DNA of 64,000 bases from Octopus sinensis (lineage: Eukaryota). The position numbers were made by a program, and so were the translations under genes. Location of the stretch: the NCBI RefSeq assembly GCF_006345805.1, contig NC_043010.1, positions 63,798,001 through 63,862,000 of the forward strand. Direction: 5' to 3'. Shown here in pieces: positions 1 to 11,097 of the stretch (the stretch's first letter is position 1; each line of letters starts with the position of its first letter). The notes under the pieces were generated by a model. It saw only the letters and a program-made list of their open reading frames with translations, ran no database searches and had not been told where the DNA came from.

Positions 1-1319
1 CTAAATAAGCAGTAGTATGCCTACCTTCTTAAATAAACATTTAAGAAGGTAGGTATACTACAATGTGCTTATTGATAAGCCAATACGGGAGCCTTTGAGT
101 GGTGGTTAGACCTACTAGATTTAGCAACCAATTTTCCAAAAACCAATCAATATATCGTTAAGGTATGTCATGTTAGAAACTATTTCTTGCCAGGGTTTGT
201 CAGCTTTATTGAGGCATAAATACCAATTCTTTAGTCGAATGAACATGAAATTCAATTTTGCAGCTAAATGGCTAACAAAGACATATTGGGTCATAAAAAT
301 GGGATGGTCACTGCTGGAAGACCTTTGATCAAAGGTCTTCCTGCAGTGAACTTCATGGCTGACCAAAGTTTAAACAACAACAATCCTGCTAAAAGATTGT
401 TATCATTATAAAAAAAGGACTGAAAATAGAGGAACTTTTCAATTTCTATGCTGTTTTAGATACAAGAGAAGATGAAATGTACACTTGATTGTGTTTCATA
501 CCTTTCAATGGCGACAATTATGTGGAGGGTGAAGAAGTTAATAAGTATTTTGTCATGGAACGTTGCAGGAATGCAAGAAGTAATGTTTCTTTTTGATATA
601 AAGTCATCGACATTTCGTACGAGTTGGATGAAATTGCAAATTACAAGGGAGACAATCACAGTTCTTGTTCTTAACTGAGTAATTACGTGACAGGCAGCAG
701 GGGAGTGAAGTGGTTGTGATATTCATTCCAGCTCTTTACATTCTGAGGTCAAACTTTGTCTTTCATCCATCCAGGGTCAATAGGGTGCTGGTCAAGGGCT
801 GTGAACTGGAGAAATCTTTAGAGCACTGGATAGGATGTCTTGAGTATTTGTTTCAGCCTTTGTGTTCTCAGTTCAAATCTTGGGTGGAAGACTTATTCTG
901 ATCATTGCAGCATAGCGAGGCTTTAATAGAGTCCTCTCTGTTGCAAGTATTTCAATCAAATCTTTGGTTAAAGGATACATTTCTCCACCCTTTTTGTGAG
1001 GCTTTGTAAAGGGACATAGTCACTATGTTCCCTATTCACTAACTGATGACAGCAAATATAAAAATTCAGTCATAAATACTAATTTGCAACAGTGGCATAG
1101 TCCTTAGCCTGTTTTTGCGGGGAAGCAGAGAATCCTATTGTTGTGGTAAACTCCTGACACCCCTGTGGGATAGCAAGTGAACTGTCCTAAACTTTATAAA
1201 GGTGCATGCATACTGACAGCGTGAGATACAGAGTGGTGTATGCATTTGCATTTGTGAAGGCAGTCGTAGAAGTTGAGAAGAGATATAAGTTTGTTACTGA
1301 TTTAGAAAAAGAGTAGCCT

Positions 1320-2085
1320 CACATATACAACCGATTGCAGCGCTGGGGGTGGGGTGATCCTGCTAAATTATGACTTAAGATGGAATTTCTACCATCGAAA
1401 AAACTGGGACATACAGATGGGCTGTCAAGAACGATACCTAAATACAGTGAACCATTAGAGGACACAGTAATAGTAGTAATAGTAGTTCGCGAACTACCTG
1501 TTACTTTAGAGGAAATAAAAAATAAAAATCGGAGAAGGATGTGTTCAGAATAAAAATGCAAAAAATAGTGAAGTCAGAAACAAATACAAAAATTCACATA
1601 ACTGAGTGTAACAGTTTCGAAATGGAATTCGATGGGTGATAAAGTACTTATGTATGCTCAGAGGATTGTAATACCTGTTTGTTTGCAAAATCATATGCTA
1701 AAAGAATTCCACATGGGACATCCAGGAATCTTGAGGATGGAAACACTGATGACGAGCTACATCTACTGTTTGAATATGGATCAGGATATTGAAAAATTGG
1801 TGAAAGCCTGCAGGGGTTGTGCCCTGGCAGCAAAAGCACCACCAACAAAAATTCAGCCTTGGCCCAAGACAGACATACCTTGGTCCAGATTACACATAGA
1901 CTTTGCAGGACTGTTAAATGGAGGGTATTATCTAATAGTTGTGGGTAGTTAAATGAAATGGCTAGAAATATGTAAACGTAGGAAGTCAACCTCCAAAGTA
2001 ACAATGGAATTTCTGGATGAACTTTTTGCGTGATTTAGCATCCCAGACATTGTCTGATAATGGAACACAGTTCACATCAAAGGAT
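1320..2085 (+). mobile_element. Degenerate Gypsy/Ty3 pol fragment (end of RNase H, H2C2 zinc finger, start of integrase)
   Basis: ORF 1632-1952 has RIVIP...HMGHPG...C-x2-C...PW.RLHIDFAG; upstream frames read NRLQRW..LLNYD..GHTDGLSR; stops and frameshifts present. Confidence 0.85.
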
Positions 2086-3818
2086 GATATTTTGTGGTAG
2101 GCTCCATAATTCAGAAACTGGAAAATTACTGCATCATACAGTGCATATACTATAGAATACACAAATGAAACCATTTTTTACAGATTCCATGCTCAACATA
2201 GACAATTTCGTAATGTTGCATCATCTATGCAAGTAAAACTTGGTCACCATTGTTGCTGTTGCTGAAGTTTGAAACCATTGTTTACCGATTCCACACTCAA
2301 CACAAACAGATAATCTAGAAAGCATTTTTCACAAGAGTGTTGAACTTCTGCCATTGTCTAAAAGCACTATGGTTGTTGGTTGTATGCAAGAAACTTTGAA
2401 GAAAAAAACCAAGTTAAGAATTATGTCGGACATAGGAGATCAAATTTGATTTGAATAAAAACAACACATGTAGGCATAAATTAACAAAAATAATATATTT
2501 ACTGTACAGAAATGAGTCTTTTCCTATTGTTTAGACAGGAAGAGAAATTGGTGCATTATTGACGTTTGAAAGAAGAAAGTTGATCTCAGGATGGGGGTTA
2601 TCCATGCAAGCATGGAAGATGGCTGTTAAATGATGATGATGATGATGACAAATGCAAAAAGCTGAAATAAATACCACAAGGTATTTTATTTGATGTACTA
2701 ATGATAAAACAATATCAGAACTATTATTATTTAAGTAAAGAAAAAAAAAATTGATCAAGGACTCCCAACAGGTTCACATCAAAAGTACCACAGCTTATTG
2801 AAAATCATCGTTCAGGAAAGGACTATGAATTAAAATTAAATTGTAGATGACAGGTAGTTAATCAATAATAGACAGCATTAAAAAGTAAGAAATTGTTAGA
2901 AATTATCAGTAGTTATGATAAATAAAATACAAACAAAATACACACTTATTATGCAGATAGGGGGCAGGGCATAGTGAATAATTTCTGATTTCTTGTTATT
3001 TTTTTCCCTGCCTGTTTTAAATCATTACATTTCGAGTACTCCATCATTATTTTGTCATCTTGCTTCATCTTCGGGAGTGAAGCTTCGTTAGCATTATTGG
3101 TGTTGCTGAAATTTAAGAGAATTTGAAAACATAATCAGGTGACAAGTAATTTTCTTTCCAAAACTTTTCTCCTCAAATTTGACGTGATTGTAATTGAGGT
3201 CGTTAATAAAATATCTTGTTAATTTTTGGTGTTTATAAATCAATATTCTTTTCGCGGTTGGATTCTGAGTCAATTCCCCATATCTAATTTGATCACTTTC
3301 AATTTTCAAAAAATTTTTTTTGAAATAAAACACGAGTGGGGCAAAATGAGTAACAGTTAATTTCAATAACTTCTCATTCGTTTGACCTAAAAATCTTAAA
3401 TATTTGTGGTATTTCTGATATCTAAGGATGGACATTGATGTGTATGAGTCTTTTATCAAATGTAATTCTGGAGAATAGTGTTCTGAATGTTATCGTGTTT
3501 TTAATGCCTTAAAGAAAGTCATTTCTCGGCTGATATGGTTTTTGTATAAAAATAAATATTTTTTCTCAAAATCAAATACGCAGTAAATATTATTCATTGT
3601 GTCCCACCCACGATTCTGTGTGGAATAATATCAAAGCTAATCGAAAATTTTAATGAAACAAATTTAGGGATTAAGCCTCATACAGGCTTAAGAACGGAAG
3701 GAAATCAAAGACGATCAAAATATATAATGATGAAGCGACGTGAAGAAAATTTCTCAATTATCAAGAGTTTCTGCAAGGTGATATAAGCACAAGACCATCG
3801 GAATTTTGCATTAGATTT

Positions 3819-4502
3819 CTAAGAAGGACTCGTACTTGAACCAGCTTCCATTTCTCGGTGAACTATGGCAATAGTGTTCTTCATTTTGCTCCAGTTTACA
3901 ATCTCTGGAAATTCTCTGAGCGCTGTCAAAAGTTTTACTACTGCACCAGGCAAGAGACCGTCTGCTTGTCTCCAGGTATTAAATACTTTGAACTTCTGTA
4001 TGAACTCATTATCAGTTTCCTTAGCGTCAGTAATTTTCACAAAATCAAGACCTAATTCGATAATTACAGCTTCCCAACCACTAGCCACATGCATTAAGAC
4101 ACGAGCAAGCATTTTCTCGTCTAGATCTAAATCTTTAGTACTATCAATAATGGCATCCACTTCTAGGTCTACCAACGGTGAATTGTCAGTTTCTTCCACC
4201 AGTGTGGCCAAAGAATCTAATTCGCTTTCTCTCAGACACTTCAAAAATTCATCAAATATCCTAGAAATATTACTTCTGTCCTCATGTTTCATTTTCTCAA
4301 GAAGGAAATTGAGAAAACATCGATTTTTTCTTTCTATAATTGGCTCTGCTTCAACAGTATGCACTTCCTCCGGAATGAAGATTGAACTTGCAAAGAAGTA
4401 ATCAAGTATTGACCCTATAACTACTTCATCGATGCCGTCCACAAGTTGTTTGTAACTTCGTTGAATTTTGTTCCCATTGAAAACTTCTTGTGTGTCAGCC
4501 AT
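3819..4502 (-). CDS. CARD + death domain adaptor (RAIDD/CRADD-like architecture), divergent paralog, 227 aa
   Basis: ATG at 4502 (MADTQEV...) aligns with paralog starts. CARD pattern LVDGID..ILDYF..EE..VEAE..RKNRCFLNFL..F.EFLKCLRE..LA; DD pattern LARVLMHVASGWEAVIIELGL..I..FKVFNTWRQ..LLTAL. The 62-codon upstream extension of the ORF is probably untranslated. Confidence 0.85.
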   Translation of the reverse strand: MADTQEVFNGNKIQRSYKQLVDGIDEVVIGSILDYFFASSIFIPEEVHTVEAEPIIERKNRCFLNFLLEKMKHEDRSNISRIFDEFLKCLRESELDSLATLVEETDNSPLVDLEVDAIIDSTKDLDLDEKMLARVLMHVASGWEAVIIELGLDFVKITDAKETDNEFIQKFKVFNTWRQADGLLPGAVVKLLTALREFPEIVNWSKMKNTIAIVHREMEAGSSTSPS

Positions 4503-5359
4503 TTCCTTACCGGAACTGAGAGTGATCTCCCTTGAGTTTATGTTAGTTACAAACATTCGAGCACTTCTCGCGTAACACTTCTGGTTCTCCCATCCAGGAC
4601 ACCGTGCGTTATACATCTCCAGTAGGCGATGTTTAGGAATGACTCGCTGCAAAGTGGAAGGGTATTCTTTTCTGTTCTCATAGGGCACGTGACTATTCCG
4701 AAAATCCTGTTATAAACTGAATTCACCCGTTTCTCTTATACCACTCCTACCCTCTCTCTCATCTACAAATTCCCGCCCTTTGCTTTCTTCTCACTATCTT
4801 TCCTTACAACTGTAACGTTTTCTATCCGCATTTTACCTGCAACTATCAACAACCGCATCGTCTCAGTGACTTAAGGGTATGCAAGCGTTATGGATATGGT
4901 CTCTTCTCTCTGGACTAAATAACTAGCAATTTTAGATGGGGGAAAATAAATGTATATAGGGTAGACCAACCCAAACAACTGTGTTTTTAGTGTACAAGAA
5001 CAAAATTCCACCTGATAGATTAAATCAACGAGGTGAAAATGTGTTGGTTAGGTGGGGTTTTTGTTGCAACTAGAAAACGATTAGAAAATATTAACTTTTC
5101 TCCAGAGGCGATGAAATAAAATAACAGTCAAATATGAGGTTCCGTATAAGCGATTTCTCCCGCCACAGTTTTCAGATAGCGTGTCGGAATGCATGTACAT
5201 AATTATGTTTATTTTAATTAACTTTAATACACGTTTATACTTTGGGGTTAACGACAGTTCTTGCGTTATAACTCCGAGCTGAGCACAAGTTGTATGATAT
5301 GGAAATGAAATTTATACGCGAAATTGACCCACATTACAGCATTTTCGAGCGTCAACACA

Positions 5360-5462
5360 TTCAGTGTGCATGCGCAGACGTCGCTGCATAAAGAAGTTGA
5401 ACGGCAAACTTTTTTAGTGTATCCACGTAGAAAACTGACTGTCTAATCATACTCAGAGCACG
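5360..5462 (+). promoter_or_regulatory. Conserved proximal upstream region of the CARD-DD paralogs
   Basis: Near-identical before copies at 31498 and 51323, and recognisably similar before 38226 and 45349 (..agagcacgATG / ggagcatgATG / agaacacgATG). Contains TGTGCATGCGCA, one mismatch from the NRF1-type palindrome. Confidence 0.45.
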
Positions 5463-6119
5463 ATGGCTAACAAACAGCAGCTCAGGAACTCAATTAAAAT
5501 TAAACGATGTCGTGAGGATCTTGTGCAGGGGCTTGATGATGTGACTATAAAAAACATGGTTGATCATTTTTTATCTCAATCGTTTATCACCTCCGAGGAA
5601 AAGAATGTAATTCAAGCAAAAGAGACTGAACAAGAAAAAGCTCGGAAATTACTAGACGTTATTCACCGCAAAGTGGAAAGCCAGGATAAACAGAATAAGT
5701 CAAAATTATTCAATGGATTTGTGAAATGTCTAAGAGAACATAACCCGAGTTTAGCAACAACCGTGGAAAATGCTGATGACAGTGTGCCGAATGACGAAAG
5801 TGACAAAAGTAATATCCTTGAACGTGTTAAAAATATAGATTTGAATGAGAAAATGTTAAATCGTATTTTGATGTTTATAGGCTCTGGATGGGAATCTGTT
5901 GCTGCCGAATTAGATATTGATAGCGTAAAAATTAGTATTGCTAAGGCAAACAACCCACACAGCACACGAAACCAGATGTTTGAGGTATTTAATTTCTGGA
6001 GGCAAAGAGAAACCCTTGGACGTGGTGGATTAACAAAACTTATAAAAGCCATCAATTACTGTTCTGTTCATTGCAATTTCAACATGAATAAAATACTTGA
6101 ATGTATTGAAGACCCTTAA
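5463..6119 (+). CDS. CARD + death domain adaptor, copy A, 218 aa
   Basis: CARD motif (LVQGLD..MVDHFLSQ..EEK..IQAKET..EKARKLLD..F..CLREHNPSLA) followed by DD motif (LNRIL..IGSGWESVAAELDI..NP..NQMF..F..WRQ..LIKAI); one uninterrupted ORF. Confidence 0.9.
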   Translation: MANKQQLRNSIKIKRCREDLVQGLDDVTIKNMVDHFLSQSFITSEEKNVIQAKETEQEKARKLLDVIHRKVESQDKQNKSKLFNGFVKCLREHNPSLATTVENADDSVPNDESDKSNILERVKNIDLNEKMLNRILMFIGSGWESVAAELDIDSVKISIAKANNPHSTRNQMFEVFNFWRQRETLGRGGLTKLIKAINYCSVHCNFNMNKILECIEDP

Positions 6120-6709
6120 AAAGAAAAGAAGGAACAATAACGCGCAGTTTTTACAATGTTGTATGTTAATATATTAAAAAAAAATACAGTTTTTCCGATA
6201 CACTTTTTGATATGGACATAAAGAATCGACACTTCAAAAATGAAATTATCCTACACTAAACGGCATAATTCTTACGTTGTGGACTGATATTAAACATCGA
6301 CATGCGAAAAGCGAAATAATGCATTATCAACAGACATTACATTCCAATTATTGAATCCTTTTCAACGGACAGATTACTTTCGACTTTCACTTTGGAAAGT
6401 TGCCGTCTTAAAGTAACATCATGTCAAACGCGGAAGTATGCGACTCTTTCCTTCATTATTTTTATTGTCGACTACAAATCTTCACTTTTTGATATTTACA
6501 TAAATTTTTTTATCATAAATATATATATTTTTTGTTTTAGTTACGGATAGTATCAATCAGTATAATTTCATATGTATATATATACGCGCGCGCACACACA
6601 CATATATGGCGTAAAGAATACGGAGGTAAAGAATACACACACCACCCGTTTTCGGCGTAACCCTAATGCTAAACACCGGTTGTATATAATCTTTACTATA
6701 TATATATAT

Positions 6710-7040
6710 GGCTCAGTGGTTAGAACGTCGACCTTACGATCGTGAGGTTGTGAGCTCGAATCCCGGACCGGGCTGCGTGTTGTGTTCTTAAGCAAGACAC
6801 TTTATTTCACGTTTCTCCAGTTCACTCAGCCTTAGAAATGAGTTGCGACGTCTCTGGTGCCAAGCTGTATCGACCTTTGTCTTTCCCTTGGATAACACTG
6901 GTGGCGTGGAGAGGGGAATCCGGTATGCATGGGCGACTGCTGGTCTTCCATAAACAACCTTGCCCGGACTTGTGTCTAGGAGGGTAACTTTCTAGGTGCA
7001 ATCCCATGGTCATTCATGACCGAAGGGGGTCTTTACCCTT
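6710..7040 (+). mobile_element. tRNA-derived SINE
   Basis: A box GGCTCAGTGGTTAG and B-box-like GAGCTCGAATCC head, unique body, sits in a TA tract. Confidence 0.75.
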
Positions 7041-7051
7041 TATATATTTAT

Positions 7052-7260
7052 ATTACGGAGATGTACTTGCATAGCAAATGACCTGATCTGAGATCGTGTG
7101 CTGAAACAAAAACAATTGCAGCGCGGAAGGTGTTTGAAAACCGTTTAAAAAACACACAAAAACCGTTAGATTTACTTCAAAATTAAAATTTAATTTGCCA
7201 AAATATTTTCGTCGCTTTGGGACCGCGACCTGATCACTGACAAAATTCTGTGCTACAACA
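7052..7260 (-). repeat. Dispersed ~200 bp repeat carrying a hammerhead-like motif
   Basis: Homologous copies at ~18020-18160, 19502-19640 and 19642-19822. Confidence 0.75.
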
Positions 7261-8004
7261 AGCCATAAATTTATCAGAAATGAAGACTCTTATTTGGAGG
7301 CAACTAAGAAAACAACGAACTTCAACGCAACGATATATTGTTGATAATAAACTTGCTGAAATGGTAAGTGAATGTAATTGGAGGAATCTTAATTTTCAAA
7401 CACAAAATTAAGGATGGATTACTTTGTGTGTTTGTAGTGTATGATAAAGATAGAAAGGCGTGTTACGTGATGGATATTAATGATAAGGTGGTTCTGCAAC
7501 ATTAAAACCAACCTTTCAGCAATGAATTTCCTTCAGAATACAGACAAGTATATATGATGGATTTAACTGTGCTGGATAGCCACAGAAGGCGCCCTATCGA
7601 TTTTGATTTTCCCTATACCTTTCTTAAAACGTACATCTTTAATGGCATTTTCTAGAAATACGTATTCAATAGTGTTGATTGCGAATAAATTTATTGTTAA
7701 AAAAATTGTTAAGACCATTGTAAGATATAACGTATCTCTTGAAAATTTCGTTAAACGCATGATTTTAATAAAGTTCGGTGGGAAGCGCAAATGATTCTCC
7801 CAAGAAAACGAAACAACTTGTTTTTCATCTGCCATTTACCCATAATTGTAATGTTCACCATCTGAAAAATTTCAGTAAAAAATGCATTTTAAAGAAAGTT
7901 ATGGGAAACAAAGACGATTGTAGTTACGCCGACTATACTTAATTATCAGCATATTAAGGTTAATCATTTTCGTGGTTTAATCACCTTTATTATAGGAACC
8001 GTGT

Positions 8005-8525
8005 AAAGCAGCGAGTGAAACGCTTAGCGGTATCTCGTCTACCACTAGGTTCTGAGTTCAAATTCCGCCGAGGTCGACTTTGCCTTTCATCCTTTCGTGG
8101 TCGATAAATTAAATACCAGTTACGCACTGGGGTAGATGTAATCGACTTAATCCGTTTGTCCCCTCTGTGTTTAGCCCCCTCTGGGTAGTAAAGAAATAAG
8201 TATTTCGTCTACCGCTACGTTCTGAGTTCAAATTCCGCCGAGGTCGACTTTGCTTTTCATCCTTTCAGGATCGATTAAATAAGTACCAGTTAGGCACTGG
8301 GGTTGATATAATCGACTTTGTCTTTCCTTGTTTGTTCCCTCTGCCCCTTGTGGGTAGTAAAGAAATAGGTATTTCGTCTGCCGCTACGTTCTGAGTTCAA
8401 ATTCTGCCCAGTCGACTTTGTCCTTCATCCTTTCGAGGTCGATAAATGAAATACCAGTTATGCACTAGGGTCGATATAATCGACTCACGCAAAATTTCAG
8501 GCTCTGTTCCTATAGTAGAAAGTAT
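8005..8525 (+). mobile_element. SINE with three tandem ~175 bp internal units
   Basis: GTTCTGAGTTCAAATTC(C/T)GCC..GTCGACTTTG..TTCATCCTTTC occurs three times; same family at 39706 and 60170. Confidence 0.7.
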
Positions 8526-8894
8526 TATAGGAACTGTGTATTAGACATCCCGGTCAGGGATTAAAAGGCCATTAAAAAGAATCTGCGAAAGTTAGGGTAA
8601 ATGAATGCTGTCCCGCGTAGATGAGTACCTGAATGTATACACTAGTTTAGCATTTCCTCGATATATTTTGATATATGTGTAATGGATAGCTCAAAGTGAT
8701 ATATTTCATATCCATCTGATACAGCCTTTAAAAAAAAATATTTCGTTGTCATACATTCTAACAGCCAAAAGTCTTTTAATAACACTAACTGGGGATTGTT
8801 TCTGTTTCAGTATCTGTCGTATCTTCATTCTTGTTTTCAAAAGCACTTTATCGGATTAATGCTTACTTTCACACTCGGCCACGAAAAAAAAAAA

Positions 8895-9830
8895 AGGTGT
8901 TTTAAACGAATATGAAAACAAAAATTTGCGCCAACGACCCGGGGGGGTGGGGACAGGATTTTCGGAAAATTCACAAAATCCGATTTTTTGCCTTATAACT
9001 TTTAGGAAAATGGATATCTTTTCATGAAATTTTATGTAGATACCTTTCAAACGACATAGATTACGATTATAAAGAAATTTGTGGGGAAAATTTTTTAGGA
9101 GGGAGTGGGGAGATGATTTTCGAAAAGAAATTCTAAGTTATTTTTTAGCTTTAGTGTAATAGAAAAAAGTTTGAAAAAAAATTGGGTAAATCTTTAGATT
9201 TATTTATTTTTCGTTTGAGAAAAAGGTTTTAAAAAAGATCCCAACGGTAGGGATGTGCTAAATTGCCCTTAACATTTTTCCATAGTGAAACTATATTCAA
9301 CACCGTATTTATGAATTTGTTTCTCCCATCATAATACATGGGATCTTTTTAAAAACCTTTTTCTATTACTCAAACGAAAAATGAATGAATCTAATTTTTT
9401 TTAAAACTTCCATTACGCTCAAGCGTAAAAATATTTTAGAACTTTCTCTTCGAAAGTCCTCTGACCACCCACTCGGAAAAAAAAAAACTTTCCCCTACAA
9501 ATTTTTTTATAATCTTAATCAATGCCATTTGAAAGGTATTTATATAAAATTTCATTAAAAGATCCAATTTCCTAAAAGTTATGAGGTAAAAAATCGGATC
9601 GTGTGAATTTTCCGAAAGTCCACCCCCACTACCTCGGAAAAAAAATTTTTCTCCACAAATTTCTTCATACTGTTTGAAATGTATTTGTATAAAAATTTCA
9701 ATCAAGGATATCAATTTTCCTGAATGTTATGAGGGAAAAAATTCGGATCTTGTGAATTTTCTGAAAGTCCTTTCACCCCCCCTCCAATTCGTTGGCACAA
9801 ATTTTTGTTCTCATATTCCTTTAATTCACA
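8895..9830. mobile_element. Foldback/MITE-like element with long imperfect inverted arms
   Basis: Left end AATATGAAAACAAAAATTTGCGCCAACG is complementary to right end CGTTGGCACAAATTTTTGTTCTCATATT; internal arms also mirror; related pieces at ~35735, 54620-55580 and 61820. Confidence 0.65.
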
Positions 9831-9883
9831 TTTTTTTTTTACTTATTGCGATTTTTTTTGTTTGGTGGTCGGGTGTTAAGCAT

Positions 9884-10125
9884 ATGCCGTAGCGGTTGAG
9901 CGCGGGCTACTAACCCCAAGATTCCGAGTTCGATTCCAGGCAGTGACCTGAATAATAACGATAATAATAACAACACCGAAAAATACGTTAGGAATGAGAA
10001 CCCAGGTTCGAAATTTCCCCAAAACACCCGATGAAGGCTGGAGGGTATATCAGCCGAAACGTTGTGTTAACAACAAACAAGATGAGGACAAATATCCGTC
10101 AAATGTAAATAATATAAATAATGTA
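9884..10125 (+). mobile_element. tRNA-headed SINE containing a minimal hammerhead-like motif
   Basis: A box TAGCGGTTGAG, B box GAGTTCGATTCC, AT-rich tail; motif at 10023-10068. Confidence 0.65.
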
Positions 10126-10737
10126 ATTTTTATCGCTCTATTGTAATTGATTTCTGGGATTGAGACACAGGTTCTCAAACTGATAACCCCACTGATCAAC
10201 AAATCGATTTTGGCTTCTGCATTGTAATTGGAAAGTTTAATAATGTTAAACTATCTAAATTATGTTAGACTTGACAATCTGTTCGCCATCCTCACGGGAA
10301 ATATTTTATTGAAAGGCACTCGTGGTACGACTTGGAATGTTGCAATTTGCTATTGAATTGTGAAAAGTTAAGAAGGAATGTTGCACTTATGAGGAGATCA
10401 GGATGTGGTGAGCGGACAGAATAAGGTCAGTGAGATGAAGAGGAACTGGCATTGATTGTATTGCCGTAGGATAGCATCCGTCTTGCCAGTTAGCAGATCA
10501 AGGAAGTGTTATTGTAAAAGACGCGCCCACGCACAGCTGCGATGGGCATGCGTTCAAGGGAGACCACTTTAATTTCTGGTAATAACATCGCTTGGCACTG
10601 AGAATAGCATTCAGTAATGTTGGCGCGACTTCTATACAAAGAGGAACAACTTTTTCGAAAATAGTCATCTCTGTTTCAGCAGAGTTATATTTTTAAACTT
10701 ATTTATGGACGTAGAAAACTAATAAACTCAATAGACA

Positions 10738-11097
10738 TAGGCGTAGGAGTGGCTGTGTGGTAAGTAACTTTGCTTACGAACCACATGGTTCAGGGTTCAG
10801 TCCCACTGCGTGGCACCTTGGGCAAGTATCTTCTACTATAGCCTCGGGTCAACCAAAGCCTTGTGAGTGGATTTGGTAGACGGAAACTGAAAGAAGCCTG
10901 TCGTATATATATGTATATATGTATGTGTGTGTGTGTGTGTTTACGTCCCTGTAACTTAGCAGTTCGGCAAAAGAGACTGATAGAATAAGTACTAGGCTTA
11001 CTAAGAATAAGTCCTGGGGTCGATTTGCTCGACTAAAGGCGGTGCTCCAGCATGGCCACAGTCAAATGACTGAAACAAGTAAAAGAGTAAAGAGAGA
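10738..11097 (+). mobile_element. tRNA-derived SINE
   Basis: GGAGTGGCTGTGTGGTAAG...GGTTCAGTCCC head, central TA/TG microsatellite, GTAAAAGA-type tail; related reverse copies at 30762 and 50587. Confidence 0.75.

Noticed and set aside
3094-3459. 121 aa minus-strand ORF
   Set aside because: No recognisable motif, non-ATG start, AT-rich repeat-like sequence.
3865-4401. 178 aa plus-strand ORF (also 5663-6055, 31647-32087, 51472-51876)
   Set aside because: Antisense shadows of the CARD-DD genes.
4503-4688. 62 aa N-terminal extension of the minus-strand CARD-DD ORF
   Set aside because: Begins at a non-ATG codon and has no counterpart in paralogs; ATG 4502 matches the family start.
5463-6119. Assigning the gene symbol CRADD
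   Set aside because: Domain architecture matches, but orthology cannot be shown without a phylogeny.
6710-6785. tRNA genes (also near 9886 and 17970)
   Set aside because: A/B-box heads run into SINE bodies without a convincing complete cloverleaf.
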